Source: an uncultured Acidimicrobiales bacterium (GTDB lineage: Bacteria; Actinomycetota; Acidimicrobiia; Acidimicrobiales; SZUA-35). From it: a DNA stretch of 64,000 nt. Positions within the stretch are counted from its first letter, which is position 1. Each line of letters begins with the position of its first letter. The DNA lies in contig CAVVWM010000014.1 in assembly GCA_963751955.1 (NCBI GenBank), forward strand, positions 8,680 to 72,679. Direction: 5' to 3'. The notes beneath the pieces were generated by a model. It searched no databases. It was not told where the DNA came from and saw nothing but the letters and a program-made list of their open reading frames with translations. Positions 20,369 through 29,879 of the stretch are shown here, piece after piece. The position numbers and the translations under genes were made by a program.

Positions 20369-21495
20369 CGGGTCACCGCGCTGGAGATCACCGAAGCAAA
20401 GTGAGCCCTTGACCGGGTGATCGAATAGTTGTCTTCGACTTTCTGCCGACCCCGCTGGCCCAGCTCGCTGCGACGGTGCGGATCGGTGAGCAGCGTCGAG
20501 ATGGCCTGTGCCAACGCCTCAGCATCTCCAGGGATGACGTTGACACCGGCGGCGGCCAAAACCTCCGGCGCTCCGCCATGGTTGCTCACCACCACCGGTA
20601 TGCCCAAGCTCATCGCTTCCAAAACTGACAGAGGCCCAGCTTCTGGCTCGATGCTGGCTGACACCGCAATTGACCACCGCCGCATCACCTCGAGTGGCGT
20701 AGCGGAGTGGCCAAGGAACCGAACCCGTTCGTGCAATCCCAGGGCACGGACAGTTTCGCGAAGCTCGGCCTCATAGGGTGCGTCGCCGGGAAAGGTTCCG
20801 CCGAGAATCTCGGCAGCAAACGGGTGCTCGATCCGGGACATCGCTTCGAGGAAGACGCGGTGCCCCTTCCATTCTGTGAGCATCGCATTGATACCGATGA
20901 TCGGCGGGTCCTCAGCGGGTCGGGCGGGTGGGACCGGCCAATTCACACCGTTTCGCACGACGGTGGATTGGATCCCGAGTCTCTCGGGTAGTGTCATCGA
21001 TACATCGGAAACTCCGATCGCCAGCGTGACCGCCCGAGCTCCGAGCCGTGCAACGAGCTCGAGATCTTTCCGGGTGATGACATCGTGAACCAACCAGCAC
21101 ACCGGCGGTGTGACCCGTGCCGGGACCAGTGCAGGAAGCGACATGACGGAATTGGCAACGATCACGTGAAATTGGCGTGAGTGGCGCCGCAACAATCTTG
21201 CCATTGCGATGTTCTTGCGGGCCAGGGAGAATGCCGACCGCGCCTTGGAGCCCCCGGTCAGACGTAACTCGGGCGTCTCTATCCACGAGACGCCTGTTTC
21301 GTGAATGAGTTGGGCCAATGGTCCCGGTGGGCAGCCGAGCGACCATCGTTCGCCCCTTGCCACACCTGCCGACGCGTAGTCGATGAGAACTCGCTCGGCT
21401 CCCGACACGAGCGATGTTGGCGAGAGAGCGAGCACTCTGAGTGGTGGTGCATCGGCCTCGACTTGTTGCACGTGACCCCTGTCCTTCATACTCAA
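20365..21495 (-). CDS. GT4-family glycosyltransferase
   Basis: 376 aa. EAMSLGIPVVVSNHGGAPEVL GT-B C-terminal motif. Confidence 0.8.
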   Translation of the reverse strand: MSMKDRGHVQQVEADAPPLRVLALSPTSLVSGAERVLIDYASAGVARGERWSLGCPPGPLAQLIHETGVSWIETPELRLTGGSKARSAFSLARKNIAMARLLRRHSRQFHVIVANSVMSLPALVPARVTPPVCWLVHDVITRKDLELVARLGARAVTLAIGVSDVSMTLPERLGIQSTVVRNGVNWPVPPARPAEDPPIIGINAMLTEWKGHRVFLEAMSRIEHPFAAEILGGTFPGDAPYEAELRETVRALGLHERVRFLGHSATPLEVMRRWSIAVSASIEPEAGPLSVLEAMSLGIPVVVSNHGGAPEVLAAAGVNVIPGDAEALAQAISTLLTDPHRRSELGQRGRQKVEDNYSITRSRAHFASVISSAVTR

Positions 21496-21594
21496 CGGCT
21501 ATGGACGGAGTGGCGGCTCAGTCTGAAAAGCCACTCGAGCTGAACGTCAAACGCTGTACGTGGTTGCTGGGCCGGCAGCACGGTCGGCATCTCT

Positions 21595-22152
21595 GTGGTC
21601 AGTTACGCAATGCATCTGGTAACAATGGCAGCCGACACCGAGTCGATCGCGACCCTGGACGTGGGCGATGAGGTGAGTATCGGCACGTGGTTCGGGAGCT
21701 TGCTCTTCCTTCTGGCCGCGGCGGCTCTCTTTCTTGCAGGACGGCAAGAGCCACGGCCCAGTCGATGGTTGGGATGGAATTCGCTGGCGGTCGTGATGGT
21801 GGCCTTGTCGATCGACGAAGCGGTCTCGCTTCACGAGCGCTTCGGAAACGTTCTCGAGGAGGTGGTGGGGAGTGGCGGCTACCTGCATTACGTCTGGGTT
21901 GTACCTGGCATGATTTTCACCGTTGGTGTCCTGGTCGCGCATCTTGGTTGGCTTCGCTCGGTCCGGCCTGCCACCAGATTCGGAATGGTCGTGGGAGGCG
22001 CGTTGTTTGTGCTGGGAGCCGTCGGACTCGAGATTGCAGCGGGTCCCCTGGCCGAGGCCCAGAAGGACGGCACATTGGCCCTGGTCACATTGATCGCTAT
22101 CGAGGAGTTGCTCGAGATGGCGGGTCTGACGGTGTTCACAGTGGCTGTTTGA
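21595..22152 (+). CDS. Hypothetical integral membrane protein
   Basis: 185 aa with about 5 hydrophobic helices. It is the only plus-strand gene inside the minus-strand GT block. Confidence 0.45.
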   Translation: MVSYAMHLVTMAADTESIATLDVGDEVSIGTWFGSLLFLLAAAALFLAGRQEPRPSRWLGWNSLAVVMVALSIDEAVSLHERFGNVLEEVVGSGGYLHYVWVVPGMIFTVGVLVAHLGWLRSVRPATRFGMVVGGALFVLGAVGLEIAAGPLAEAQKDGTLALVTLIAIEELLEMAGLTVFTVAV

Positions 22153-22209
22153 GGCATCTCCGCGGAGCTCATGATGGCCTGTTGATCGGCTGAGGGGACC
22201 ACTGATCGA

Positions 22210-23337
22210 TCACGGAGTCCGCAGCGGCCTCGACAGCAGCCGATCCGTCTCTTCGACCATCCGTTGTGCAAACGCTTCTTCGGAGAACGACGACGCATGT
22301 TTGATGATCAGCGACTGATCGAACGGTAGATCGGGCGTTGTGAGCGCTCGGGCAAACCGAGCCACCAATTCCTCCCGTTGCCCGCTGTCTTCCAAGAGAA
22401 CACCGGTGGAGCCCTCAACCACCGTGTCGAGGAGACCGCCACGATTCACGCCGATCACCGGAGCGCCATGGGCCATCGCTTCAACAGGAACGATTCCGAA
22501 ATCCTCCACGCCTGGAAAGACCAGCGCCTGACACCGGCGATACAGATCGTGGAGTTCACCGTCGGAGACAACACCCAGGAAACGAATAGTTGGGCCTGCG
22601 ATCGTTTCGCATCGGTCGCGGAACCTCCCGTCGCCGGCCACCACCAGCGGAACACCAGCACGGGTGGCGGCTTCAATCGCAATGTCGGTCCGCTTGTATG
22701 GGACCAGCCGGCCAGCGAGCAGGAAGAAGTCCTCTCGGGCCGTGTTCTTGGTGAGATCGGGGTCTTCGTCGAGGGCAACCGGAGGTGGAATCACAATGCT
22801 CGAACGGCCCCACCACCGTGAGATGCGGTTCGAAACCTCGCTGGAGTTGGCGACGAGGAGATGTGGCTTCTGGGCGGCCGAGCGATCTGCCCGTCGTAGC
22901 GTGGCGGCGAAAGCCGAGAGCACCGCATTGGACACCGGTCCGGGCGCATCGGCGGAACGAAGCATTGGATCCCACATCCAGCGAGCCGGGCTGTGAACGT
23001 AACTCATCGTGGGAACGTCGCTGCCGATCCGCACGCGATGAGAGAACGCATGGTGGCTGAGGATCGCCAGGTCGGTACCGGCGGGGACCTCGAGGCTCGC
23101 CATCGCTGCGGGCAGCAGTGGCAAAAGGTGGCTGTATTCGCTGTCGCCTCGATAGAGACGCTCCAACCAAGAAGTGGAGGTTTCAAGGGCTTGGAGTTCG
23201 GGGCCGAGGATCTTGCGGTCGATAATCGGCGCCAGCAACGTTGAATGTGGCCAGATACGAGCTAGCGCCTCGACGACCTTCTCCGATCCACCCATCTCGG
23301 TGAACCGTTCATGGACGATCGTGACTGCAGGACTCAC
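22210..23337 (-). CDS. GT4-family glycosyltransferase
   Basis: FPGVEDFGIVPVEAMAHGAPVIGVNRGGLLDTV motif. I prefer GTG 23337, which forms a GTGA overlap with the upstream stop at 23334-23336, over the ORF-track start at 23364. Confidence 0.8.
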   Translation of the reverse strand: MSPAVTIVHERFTEMGGSEKVVEALARIWPHSTLLAPIIDRKILGPELQALETSTSWLERLYRGDSEYSHLLPLLPAAMASLEVPAGTDLAILSHHAFSHRVRIGSDVPTMSYVHSPARWMWDPMLRSADAPGPVSNAVLSAFAATLRRADRSAAQKPHLLVANSSEVSNRISRWWGRSSIVIPPPVALDEDPDLTKNTAREDFFLLAGRLVPYKRTDIAIEAATRAGVPLVVAGDGRFRDRCETIAGPTIRFLGVVSDGELHDLYRRCQALVFPGVEDFGIVPVEAMAHGAPVIGVNRGGLLDTVVEGSTGVLLEDSGQREELVARFARALTTPDLPFDQSLIIKHASSFSEEAFAQRMVEETDRLLSRPLRTP

Positions 23338-24640
23338 GCTGGATCGACCGCGGTGGAGGGCCACGCTGCCGATCGACGCCCCATGCGGAATCCACCGTCG
23401 CTGTACAACACGATGCCGGCGAGTCGAGCTCCGACCGACCGCATTCGATCGATCAAATCAACAACTTCGGCTTCCTTGAGACGCACTGGGTCGAACGCAA
23501 GCACGGTGGCGTCACCAAAGTGGCGGGTGACAAGCAGTGTGTCATCGAGCGATGAGTTGGATGTTGTGCTGAGCACGACACAGTCGGCGCCCGAAGCACT
23601 GACGAGCTCATGGGTTGCATGTACCCTGTCGAAAGCCGACAGGTCCGTTGGCGTTGAGCCCGCACTGAGCACGGCGGCCGGGTTGGAGTCGCTCGCTCGG
23701 CGCACGACTGATCCCAGCGGCTCACCTCCCGTCAGGACCTCGGCGAGACCGGGTGTACGCGGGTGACCGAAGTGTCGATGCAGGATCGGCTGGGCGAGGT
23801 CGGCGTCGATGAGTAGCACTCGGCTGTTGAGTCCGGCCGCGGTCCTGGCCAGTAGGGCGGCTGGTTCGGTAGAGGGCTCCGGGCCGCGTTGCACGATGGT
23901 GATGAGCGGTCGTTCTGAGAGGTGGTTGGAAAAGAACGGAAGAAGCGAACGATTCTGGGATCGTTCCGAACGCAAGTCGGCAACGGGGATCCCTGTAATA
24001 CCTTCGAGGACCGGAGCGGGATCGACCGGGTTGATATGGCCCCTCAACTTCCTCCACACCACCACCCCCTCCGCGGACAGAAGGCCACAGATCACAGCTG
24101 CCACCGCTGCATCCGCGAGCGGACGGGGCGAGACCGGTGAGTTTGGAGAGTCTGCGGGGGATATTACGGCGACGACCACCCCGGTTTCGGGCGACGTGCC
24201 TTCGGCGGCAAGTTCGTCGGCCAACGCCTGGGCCAGCTTCGATGCCTGCTCGCCTGTGCTCGCGGCCGCGGTGATCTCGAGGAAGCCCGGTGTTTCGCGC
24301 TGTTCTACCACGACGCGATCGCCGACGTCGGACGGGTCGAGGCCGGTGTCTCCGGCTGTCACGTTCGCTGCGTCGAGGACCGCGGGGAAAAGGCAAGTTC
24401 GGCGAGCGATCGGGTTCTGAAGCGGGTTGTGGAGCCGTCGTCAAACAAGTCCTCGGGCAACTGGACCCGCACGACCGCTGTCGACTCATACCGCGGCTCC
24501 GCCGAGTTGCTCCACAGGTACATCGCGGTACCCGCCGCAGCGGTGATGAGGAGGATCAGGACCCAATGGCGTGCCATCTCACGGACATGACGGCCAAACT
24601 CCGCTTCGGGTGGCTTCACTGTGGCGTAGGGCGCAGTCAT
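23334..24640 (-). CDS. Polysaccharide co-polymerase (Wzz-like N-domain plus BY-kinase-like domain with degenerate Walker motifs); frame break at the G-run 24384-24387
   Basis: N-terminal TM plus YESTAVVRVQLPE (Wzz-like). Adding one c joins AELAFSP to AVLDAANVTAGD. The C-domain has LLIDADLAQP (Walker A'-like). Where GxxGxGK[ST] is expected it reads QRGPEPSTEP, and where hhhhDTPP is expected it reads CVVLSTTS. ATG 24640 overlaps the WbaP stop (ATGA). Confidence 0.7.
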
Positions 24641-26154
24641 TTCACTGATCGCGGGAGCAATTCGCGAAGGGTTCGCATGACGATCCGCAGATCTCCCATC
24701 AGTGACCAAGACTCGACATAGGTGTTGTCGAAACGCACCCGCTCGGCTATCGAAGTGTCACCCCGCAGTCCACTGACTTGGGAGAGGCCGGTGAGGCCTG
24801 ATGGCACTCGATGGCGGTGGTGATAGCGGCGGTTGAGGGTGGCGAACTCTCCGACGAAGTGCGGACGTTCGGGGCGCGGCCCCACGAAGCTCATCTCGCC
24901 CCGGAGGATATTGACCAACTGAGGCAGCTCATCCAATGAGCTAGCACGCAGGAGTGCTCCCAGTCGCGTAGGTCCTCTGGTGGACTCGCCGGCCCACTCG
25001 GTGTCGGCGGTCTCGGTCGATGCGTTGGGCAAGGAACGGAACTTCAGCATCTGAAATTCTTGACCGTCGATGCTGACACGTACCTGGCGAAATATCACCG
25101 GTCCCCCCATCGTGATACGTATGGCGATCGCAATCGCCAACAGCAGTGGGCTGAGGGCGAGCAGTAGGATCGCGGCGAGGAGGCGATCCAGAATCAGCTT
25201 GACCTTCCATGCAATGGTTCGATGTGCTGCACGGCGAAGTCTGCGCAGGGAAATCGATCGAAGTCGCTCGACCTCGGCTGGGGCTCCCCAGTCGAGTTCG
25301 TACAGCCTCGGCACCAAGAAGAACTCGGCCCGCTCTCGGTGATACCGCTGTAGGTATTCCACGAGCTGGGAATCCGGAAGTGAGGAGTATCCGATCACAA
25401 CGACCGTTGCACCCGTTTGCTGAATCGATCGGCCCAGACTTGTGGAGGAGAACACGGGCAGGTGACGCTTCACACCCCTGAGAGGCTCCGGATCATGGAA
25501 TGCCACGGGTGTCAATCCGTACTCGGGATACGACGAGAGTGTCTCCGCGATCTCGGCTCCGACCAATCCGGCGCCGACGATGAGGGTTCGATGGCTGACT
25601 ATTCCGGTCCGCCGCACGAACCGAAGGAGCCAGCAGCCAACCGCTCGGACAATCACGATGGCCCCAGCGGCCGCCGCTACGGCGACCCACCAGCTACGGC
25701 CGTACTCACCGCCCAGCTGAGGGATCGTGGCCGTTCCGTTCTGGCTCAGCATGTAGATGAACGATCCCACAACCAGCACGCCACCGATCAGTGCCGGGGC
25801 GTCGTCGACCGTGCTGGGCGCAAGGCGGGATCTGTACAGTCCACGGGACCCATTGAGAGCCAAGACGCAGACGGCAGCTATAGCTATTCCGGTCGGATTT
25901 TGGCCGAACAGCGCCAACGTCACGACGAACGCTGTCATTTCGCCAATCATGAACCACGGCGGTGTGCCAAAGCTCGCCAGGTTGCGCCCAACGCTGGTAG
26001 AACCGGTCCCGGGAGCGACTACTTGCCGTCGGGATTCGAAAACATCGATCTCGGGATTCCGCATGTCGAGTTGCGTTGCCGTCGCCCGAAGTGGGGTTTC
26101 GTCATCGCTGGAGTTCTCGCGCCCCCACTCTCGGGTTCTATGAAGTAAAACCAT
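24637..26154 (-). CDS. Polyprenyl-phosphate sugar phosphotransferase (WbaP/bacterial sugar transferase family, priming enzyme)
   Basis: 505 aa with N-terminal TM helices and a C-terminal PVIFRQVRVSIDGQEFQMLKFRSL .. ELPQLVNILRGEMSFVGPRPERP. Confidence 0.85.
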   Translation of the reverse strand: MVLLHRTREWGRENSSDDETPLRATATQLDMRNPEIDVFESRRQVVAPGTGSTSVGRNLASFGTPPWFMIGEMTAFVVTLALFGQNPTGIAIAAVCVLALNGSRGLYRSRLAPSTVDDAPALIGGVLVVGSFIYMLSQNGTATIPQLGGEYGRSWWVAVAAAAGAIVIVRAVGCWLLRFVRRTGIVSHRTLIVGAGLVGAEIAETLSSYPEYGLTPVAFHDPEPLRGVKRHLPVFSSTSLGRSIQQTGATVVVIGYSSLPDSQLVEYLQRYHRERAEFFLVPRLYELDWGAPAEVERLRSISLRRLRRAAHRTIAWKVKLILDRLLAAILLLALSPLLLAIAIAIRITMGGPVIFRQVRVSIDGQEFQMLKFRSLPNASTETADTEWAGESTRGPTRLGALLRASSLDELPQLVNILRGEMSFVGPRPERPHFVGEFATLNRRYHHRHRVPSGLTGLSQVSGLRGDTSIAERVRFDNTYVESWSLMGDLRIVMRTLRELLPRSVK

Positions 26155-26331
26155 TAGTCGCCATTCCGCTTTTACTTGAGTTCTTTTTCTATCGCAGTTG
26201 CGCCTCAGAATCTACGAGGTCCTTGCAACTCTGCCACATCATCGATCACTATATGTGGTCAATGGTTGGTCGCTGACTGCCACCAGCAAAACGACCGGCT
26301 TCGGCGGCGGCGTCAGAGACTTTGAGGTTGC
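26155..26331. promoter_or_regulatory. AT-richer divergent intergenic region (probable promoters for the WbaP operon and the plus-strand unit)
   Basis: The composition is visibly lower in GC (cttttacttgagttctttttctatcg, cactatatgtgg) than the surrounding sequence. No confident -35/-10 pair could be assigned. Confidence 0.3.
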
Positions 26332-26652
26332 ATGGTCTCGGACTGGATTGCATGCCGAACGTATTCAGAAAACAAGGAGGTACTTATCACTACCAAGCGT
26401 GACCAAGGAGGGAGTTCCGCAGATCATGTGAACTTGGACACTGAGCCTGCCGACGAGCACGTTTGGAACGACTTCGAGGCCCTAACGGAGGAACGCGATT
26501 CGCTGCTGGCCGGGCTTGCGGCCCGCACCGGCCAGTTGCAGGCGGCACTTGGAGAGCTACATGAGGCTCAGGCTCAGCTGGCCCGCCTACGGGCCGAGAA
26601 CGATTCGAGAGCGTCGACCGTGGACTGGAAGCGCATTCTGAACCCCGAGTAG
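26332..26652 (+). CDS. Small coiled-coil protein A (hypothetical; start uncertain)
   Basis: Heptad-like LLAGLAARTGQLQAALGELHEAQAQLARLRAEN and C-terminal DWKRI. aaggagg at 26374-26380 lies inside the ORF, so the real start may be later. Confidence 0.4.
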   Translation: MVSDWIACRTYSENKEVLITTKRDQGGSSADHVNLDTEPADEHVWNDFEALTEERDSLLAGLAARTGQLQAALGELHEAQAQLARLRAENDSRASTVDWKRILNPE

Positions 26653-26850
26653 CCGACGTGGCACAAGCCAGATCTTGGCCTCGATCCATTGCGGCCTTCC
26701 CAAAAAGCGATCTGAAGTAGGACCAGCACGACCGGAAACCGAGGAGATTTTGCTGCCTACAGCAACCACGGACGTTGGTAGTCTCTTCCAATCCGAGTTT
26801 GGCGGCGGCTCACGCAGAACGATGGTCGGGCGTCCGACGACTTTGTCGCC

Positions 26851-28026
26851 GTGCTCAGGGCTTCGACAGCAACGCTCCTCGGCCGAAACCTCGGGCCGTT
26901 CCTGTCGTCGGCGCCGGTCGAGCGCATTCGAAGAGTGCTCTTCCAGGTTGGCCTCGACGATGTCGTCGAGATCGCCGATTCGCTCACCGGCGGCTGTGTT
27001 GGCTGGTGGCTCGCCGGCGGTTGGGGTATCGACGGTCTCCTCGGCTCGCAAACCCGCCCCCATGAGGATGTCGACATTTGCATCGACGTCGCCAACGACG
27101 GCGAGCAACGTGCCGTTCGGCTACTTGGCGGCCTCGGGTTTCAGCTCGTAGAAACGCGCGCTCGGGGCGGCCGATACCTTCCCGTGCGTTGTATTCTGCG
27201 TAATCGGGCCGGGCGTGCCATTGATTTACTGATGGTGCAACGGGAGGTCGACGTCGCACCGCCCGATCCACTGACGGGCTGGGCGATTCCAGTCCTGACC
27301 GAAACCGATATAACCAGTGGTGAGATCGATGGCCACCGGTTTCCTGTGCTCAGCGTCACCGCCCATCTCGAAGCTCGTTCGGTGTACCAACCAATGGCCC
27401 GGGACCATCGCGACATGGTGCGGCTGTGCGAGGCCTACGGTCTCGAGCTTCCTGCAAACTATCTGTCGAGAACGCGTCGATACATCGACGGTTCGAAACG
27501 GCTGTTGGGCAGGTTCCAAACAGCGAGCGCCCTTCTCATCGCAGTTCCCGAGGTTGGGGTTGTGTTGGCCGACCTTGATGCCGAGGACTCGGGTTTGCCG
27601 CCCCACATCACCGTGCTCTACCCATTCAAGAAACCCGGCCAAATCAAGTCGCCCGACGTCCGAAAGCTGACCGAGCTGGCACGGTCGGCGGAGTCGCCAA
27701 TCCCTTTCGAACTCGACAAGGTCAGAGACTTCAACGGTGACGCATATCTGGCACCAAATCCTTCCCAGCCCTTTGTTGAGCTAACCCAGACAGCTTCTGA
27801 GATCTGGCCGGACCACCCGCCCTACGGCGGCAAGTTCGACGACATCGTTCCCCATCTCACACTTGGGGTTCGAGATCTTTCGCCGGTCGAGATCGACGAA
27901 CTTTCCAACAAGCTTCCGGTGTCGGCTTGCGCCACCGAACTTCTGCTTCTCACCCGGAACCGACGGGGCCGATGGACCGAGCACTCACGGTTCTCGATCG
28001 GGTCCAGGTCGGAGTCGAAGCGGTGA
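26851..28026 (+). CDS. Fusion of a Pol-beta-type nucleotidyltransferase (ANT(2'')-like) and a 2H phosphoesterase (LigT-like)
   Basis: N-domain: LAGGWGIDGLLGSQTRPHEDVDICI (G[GS]..DxD) and a later IDLL acidic residue. C-domain: two HxTx motifs (PHITVLYPF and PHLTLGV). Confidence 0.7.
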   Translation: MLRASTATLLGRNLGPFLSSAPVERIRRVLFQVGLDDVVEIADSLTGGCVGWWLAGGWGIDGLLGSQTRPHEDVDICIDVANDGEQRAVRLLGGLGFQLVETRARGGRYLPVRCILRNRAGRAIDLLMVQREVDVAPPDPLTGWAIPVLTETDITSGEIDGHRFPVLSVTAHLEARSVYQPMARDHRDMVRLCEAYGLELPANYLSRTRRYIDGSKRLLGRFQTASALLIAVPEVGVVLADLDAEDSGLPPHITVLYPFKKPGQIKSPDVRKLTELARSAESPIPFELDKVRDFNGDAYLAPNPSQPFVELTQTASEIWPDHPPYGGKFDDIVPHLTLGVRDLSPVEIDELSNKLPVSACATELLLLTRNRRGRWTEHSRFSIGSRSESKR

Positions 28027-29458
28027 CCGACAAACCCGTCGGTTTGCTAACGAATGCTTCTGCGCTGCTCTCAGGTCGTCTCGCTATTGCGGTCATGGGC
28101 TGGGCGGGAACGGTCATCATCGTTCGGACGCTGTCCGAGACCGGATTCGGCTATTTCACACTCGTCTTCAGCATTCTTGGTATGGCCTCGATAGTCACCG
28201 ATTTCGGGCTCGGACGGGTCGCGATCAGTGGAGTGCTCGCCCCCGAGGCCGACGCAGGTTCCTTCGCAGGGACCTATGTGGTTTTGCGGACACTCCTCGG
28301 CGTTGTCGGCTATGCCCTCGCTGTCCTTTTCGTCGTCATCGGGGGTTATCCCGAGACCGTCGTGAGAGCCACGGCGCTGGCTGGTGTGATGGTTCTGATT
28401 GCAACCCCGTCCAATGCGTACGACCTCGCATTTCAGGCGCACATGCGAATGCCGCTCGTCGCGGTTGCTCAGGTGGCGGGCCAGGCCGCTCAGCTAGGTC
28501 TTACCGTTGCAGTAGCGGTCGCAGGTGGCGGGCTCCTCTGGTTCGTCGTCCCCGCGGTCGTGGCAGAGGTGGTGATCCTGGCCATCAAGATAGGACCCGC
28601 CCGAAACTCATCGACTTCCGGTATGCGATCAGATTGTCTGTCTGGCTGGCTCTCATGAAGGAAGCCGTCCCCCTCTCGATCGGTGGAGCGCTGGTCACGC
28701 TTTACACCCGGGTCGATGCAGTGATGCTGTCGCAGTTGGATACTTTCGCCTCGGTTGGCGTGTACGGGGTCGCCGCCAAGTTCGCTGATTTGGCGAGATT
28801 TGTCGCATCCGCTTTGACGGTTCCGATTCTCACGTTGTTTGTGAGCGCATGGCCCGACCGCATCAAGGAGTTTCGATCTGCTTTGGTCAAGGGTTGCATG
28901 TTTCTTGGTTTCTTCGGAGGCGCAATTGTGGTGGAATTCACCCTCTTCGCTGACGATGTGATCGAACTCTTGTACGGGCCAACGTTTCGCGTCGGCGGTA
29001 CCGCCACGAAACTGCTGGTGCTCGGCGCCACTTTGGACTTCTTCACCACGCTCGCGTTCAGCGCGCTGGTGGCCATGTCTCGAAATCGGGTTTATCCACT
29101 CACTGCCCTGCTCGGTCTGGTTGTGAATGTCGGACTGAACCTTTGGCTTATTCCGCTCTATTCCTTCGAAGGAGCGGCGGTCGCCACAGTGGCGACAAAC
29201 ATCCTGGTCGTGGCCGTCATCTGGGCTCAGCTGCTCCGGCTGCCGGATTTGACGCCCCTCAAGCTCGGGTTTCTCAGTGGAGTTTTGCCGGCCATGGCGG
29301 CAGCCGGAGCGACCGGATGGGTAACCAATCGCTACTTGCCGTGGCCGATTGCTGGAGCGATCACGATGGCGGTCTATGTTGGGGGCGTCGAAATCACCGG
29401 AGCCGCCGGCCCCGGCGGGATTCGCCTGATCCTCGCTCGTGTCGGGCGCCGACAATGA
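28023..29458 (+). CDS. Wzx-type (MOP superfamily) polysaccharide flippase; frame break at the A-run 28604-28606
   Basis: The frame-0 ORF (..LTNASALLSGRLAIAVMGWAG..AEVVILAIKIGPAR) joins the frame-2 ORF (KLIDFRYAIRLSVWLALMKEAVPLSIGG..) if one a is added. About 12 or more helices. The start is either GTG 28023 (GTGA overlap) or ATG 27972. Confidence 0.75.
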
Positions 29459-29492
29459 CGCCTTGTAGGGTTGGGGATTACTGTAGGCGTTC

Positions 29493-29879
29493 ATGCACAA
29501 CGCAGAAGTTCCGGTGCCGTCGGGTTCGGTTGAAAGGTGGCATTCGGTGAAGCGGCGTCTCCGCATTCCTTGGGAGGAAGGCGCGTCGAGTCCGCTGGAC
29601 CCGGAGCCCAAGTTCAACCCCCCGTCTTCTGATTCGGGTATCGGGTACGCCCAACGCGAGGCCGAATCGCTCCAAGCCGAGATCGAGCAGTTGCAGGATC
29701 TGTTGGCTGCCCGGACTGCAGCCTGGCGAGAGGCCCTGCGACAACTTTCCCAGGTTCAGGACGAAATCGATGCGGCCGGCCAGAGCTCGCTGGAGAATCG
29801 CCGGATTCAACCTCTGTCCGAAGAGGACTGGGTGCGGATTCATAGCAATAGCTTGAAGCCGAGGGGCCAGCGGCGCTGA
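29493..29879 (+). CDS. Small coiled-coil protein B (hypothetical; paralog of 26332..26652)
   Basis: LQDLLAARTAAWREALRQLSQVQDEI .. EEDWVRI parallels protein A (LAART, AL..L...Q, DWxRI). The stop TGA 29877-29879 is the first bases of the 19-bp array. Confidence 0.4.
   Translation: MHNAEVPVPSGSVERWHSVKRRLRIPWEEGASSPLDPEPKFNPPSSDSGIGYAQREAESLQAEIEQLQDLLAARTAAWREALRQLSQVQDEIDAAGQSSLENRRIQPLSEEDWVRIHSNSLKPRGQRR

Noticed and set aside
23722-24489. 255-aa Arg-rich minus-strand ORF
   Set aside because: It is an alternative frame of the PCP gene. The PCP frame has recognisable Wzz and kinase-like motifs, whereas this one has none.
27863-28600. Arg-rich N-terminal half of the 531-aa plus-strand ORF
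   Set aside because: It is an out-of-frame reading of the NTase-2H 3' end and the flippase 5' half. The hydrophobic flippase sequence is in the other frame (27927..28658) and joins at the A-run.
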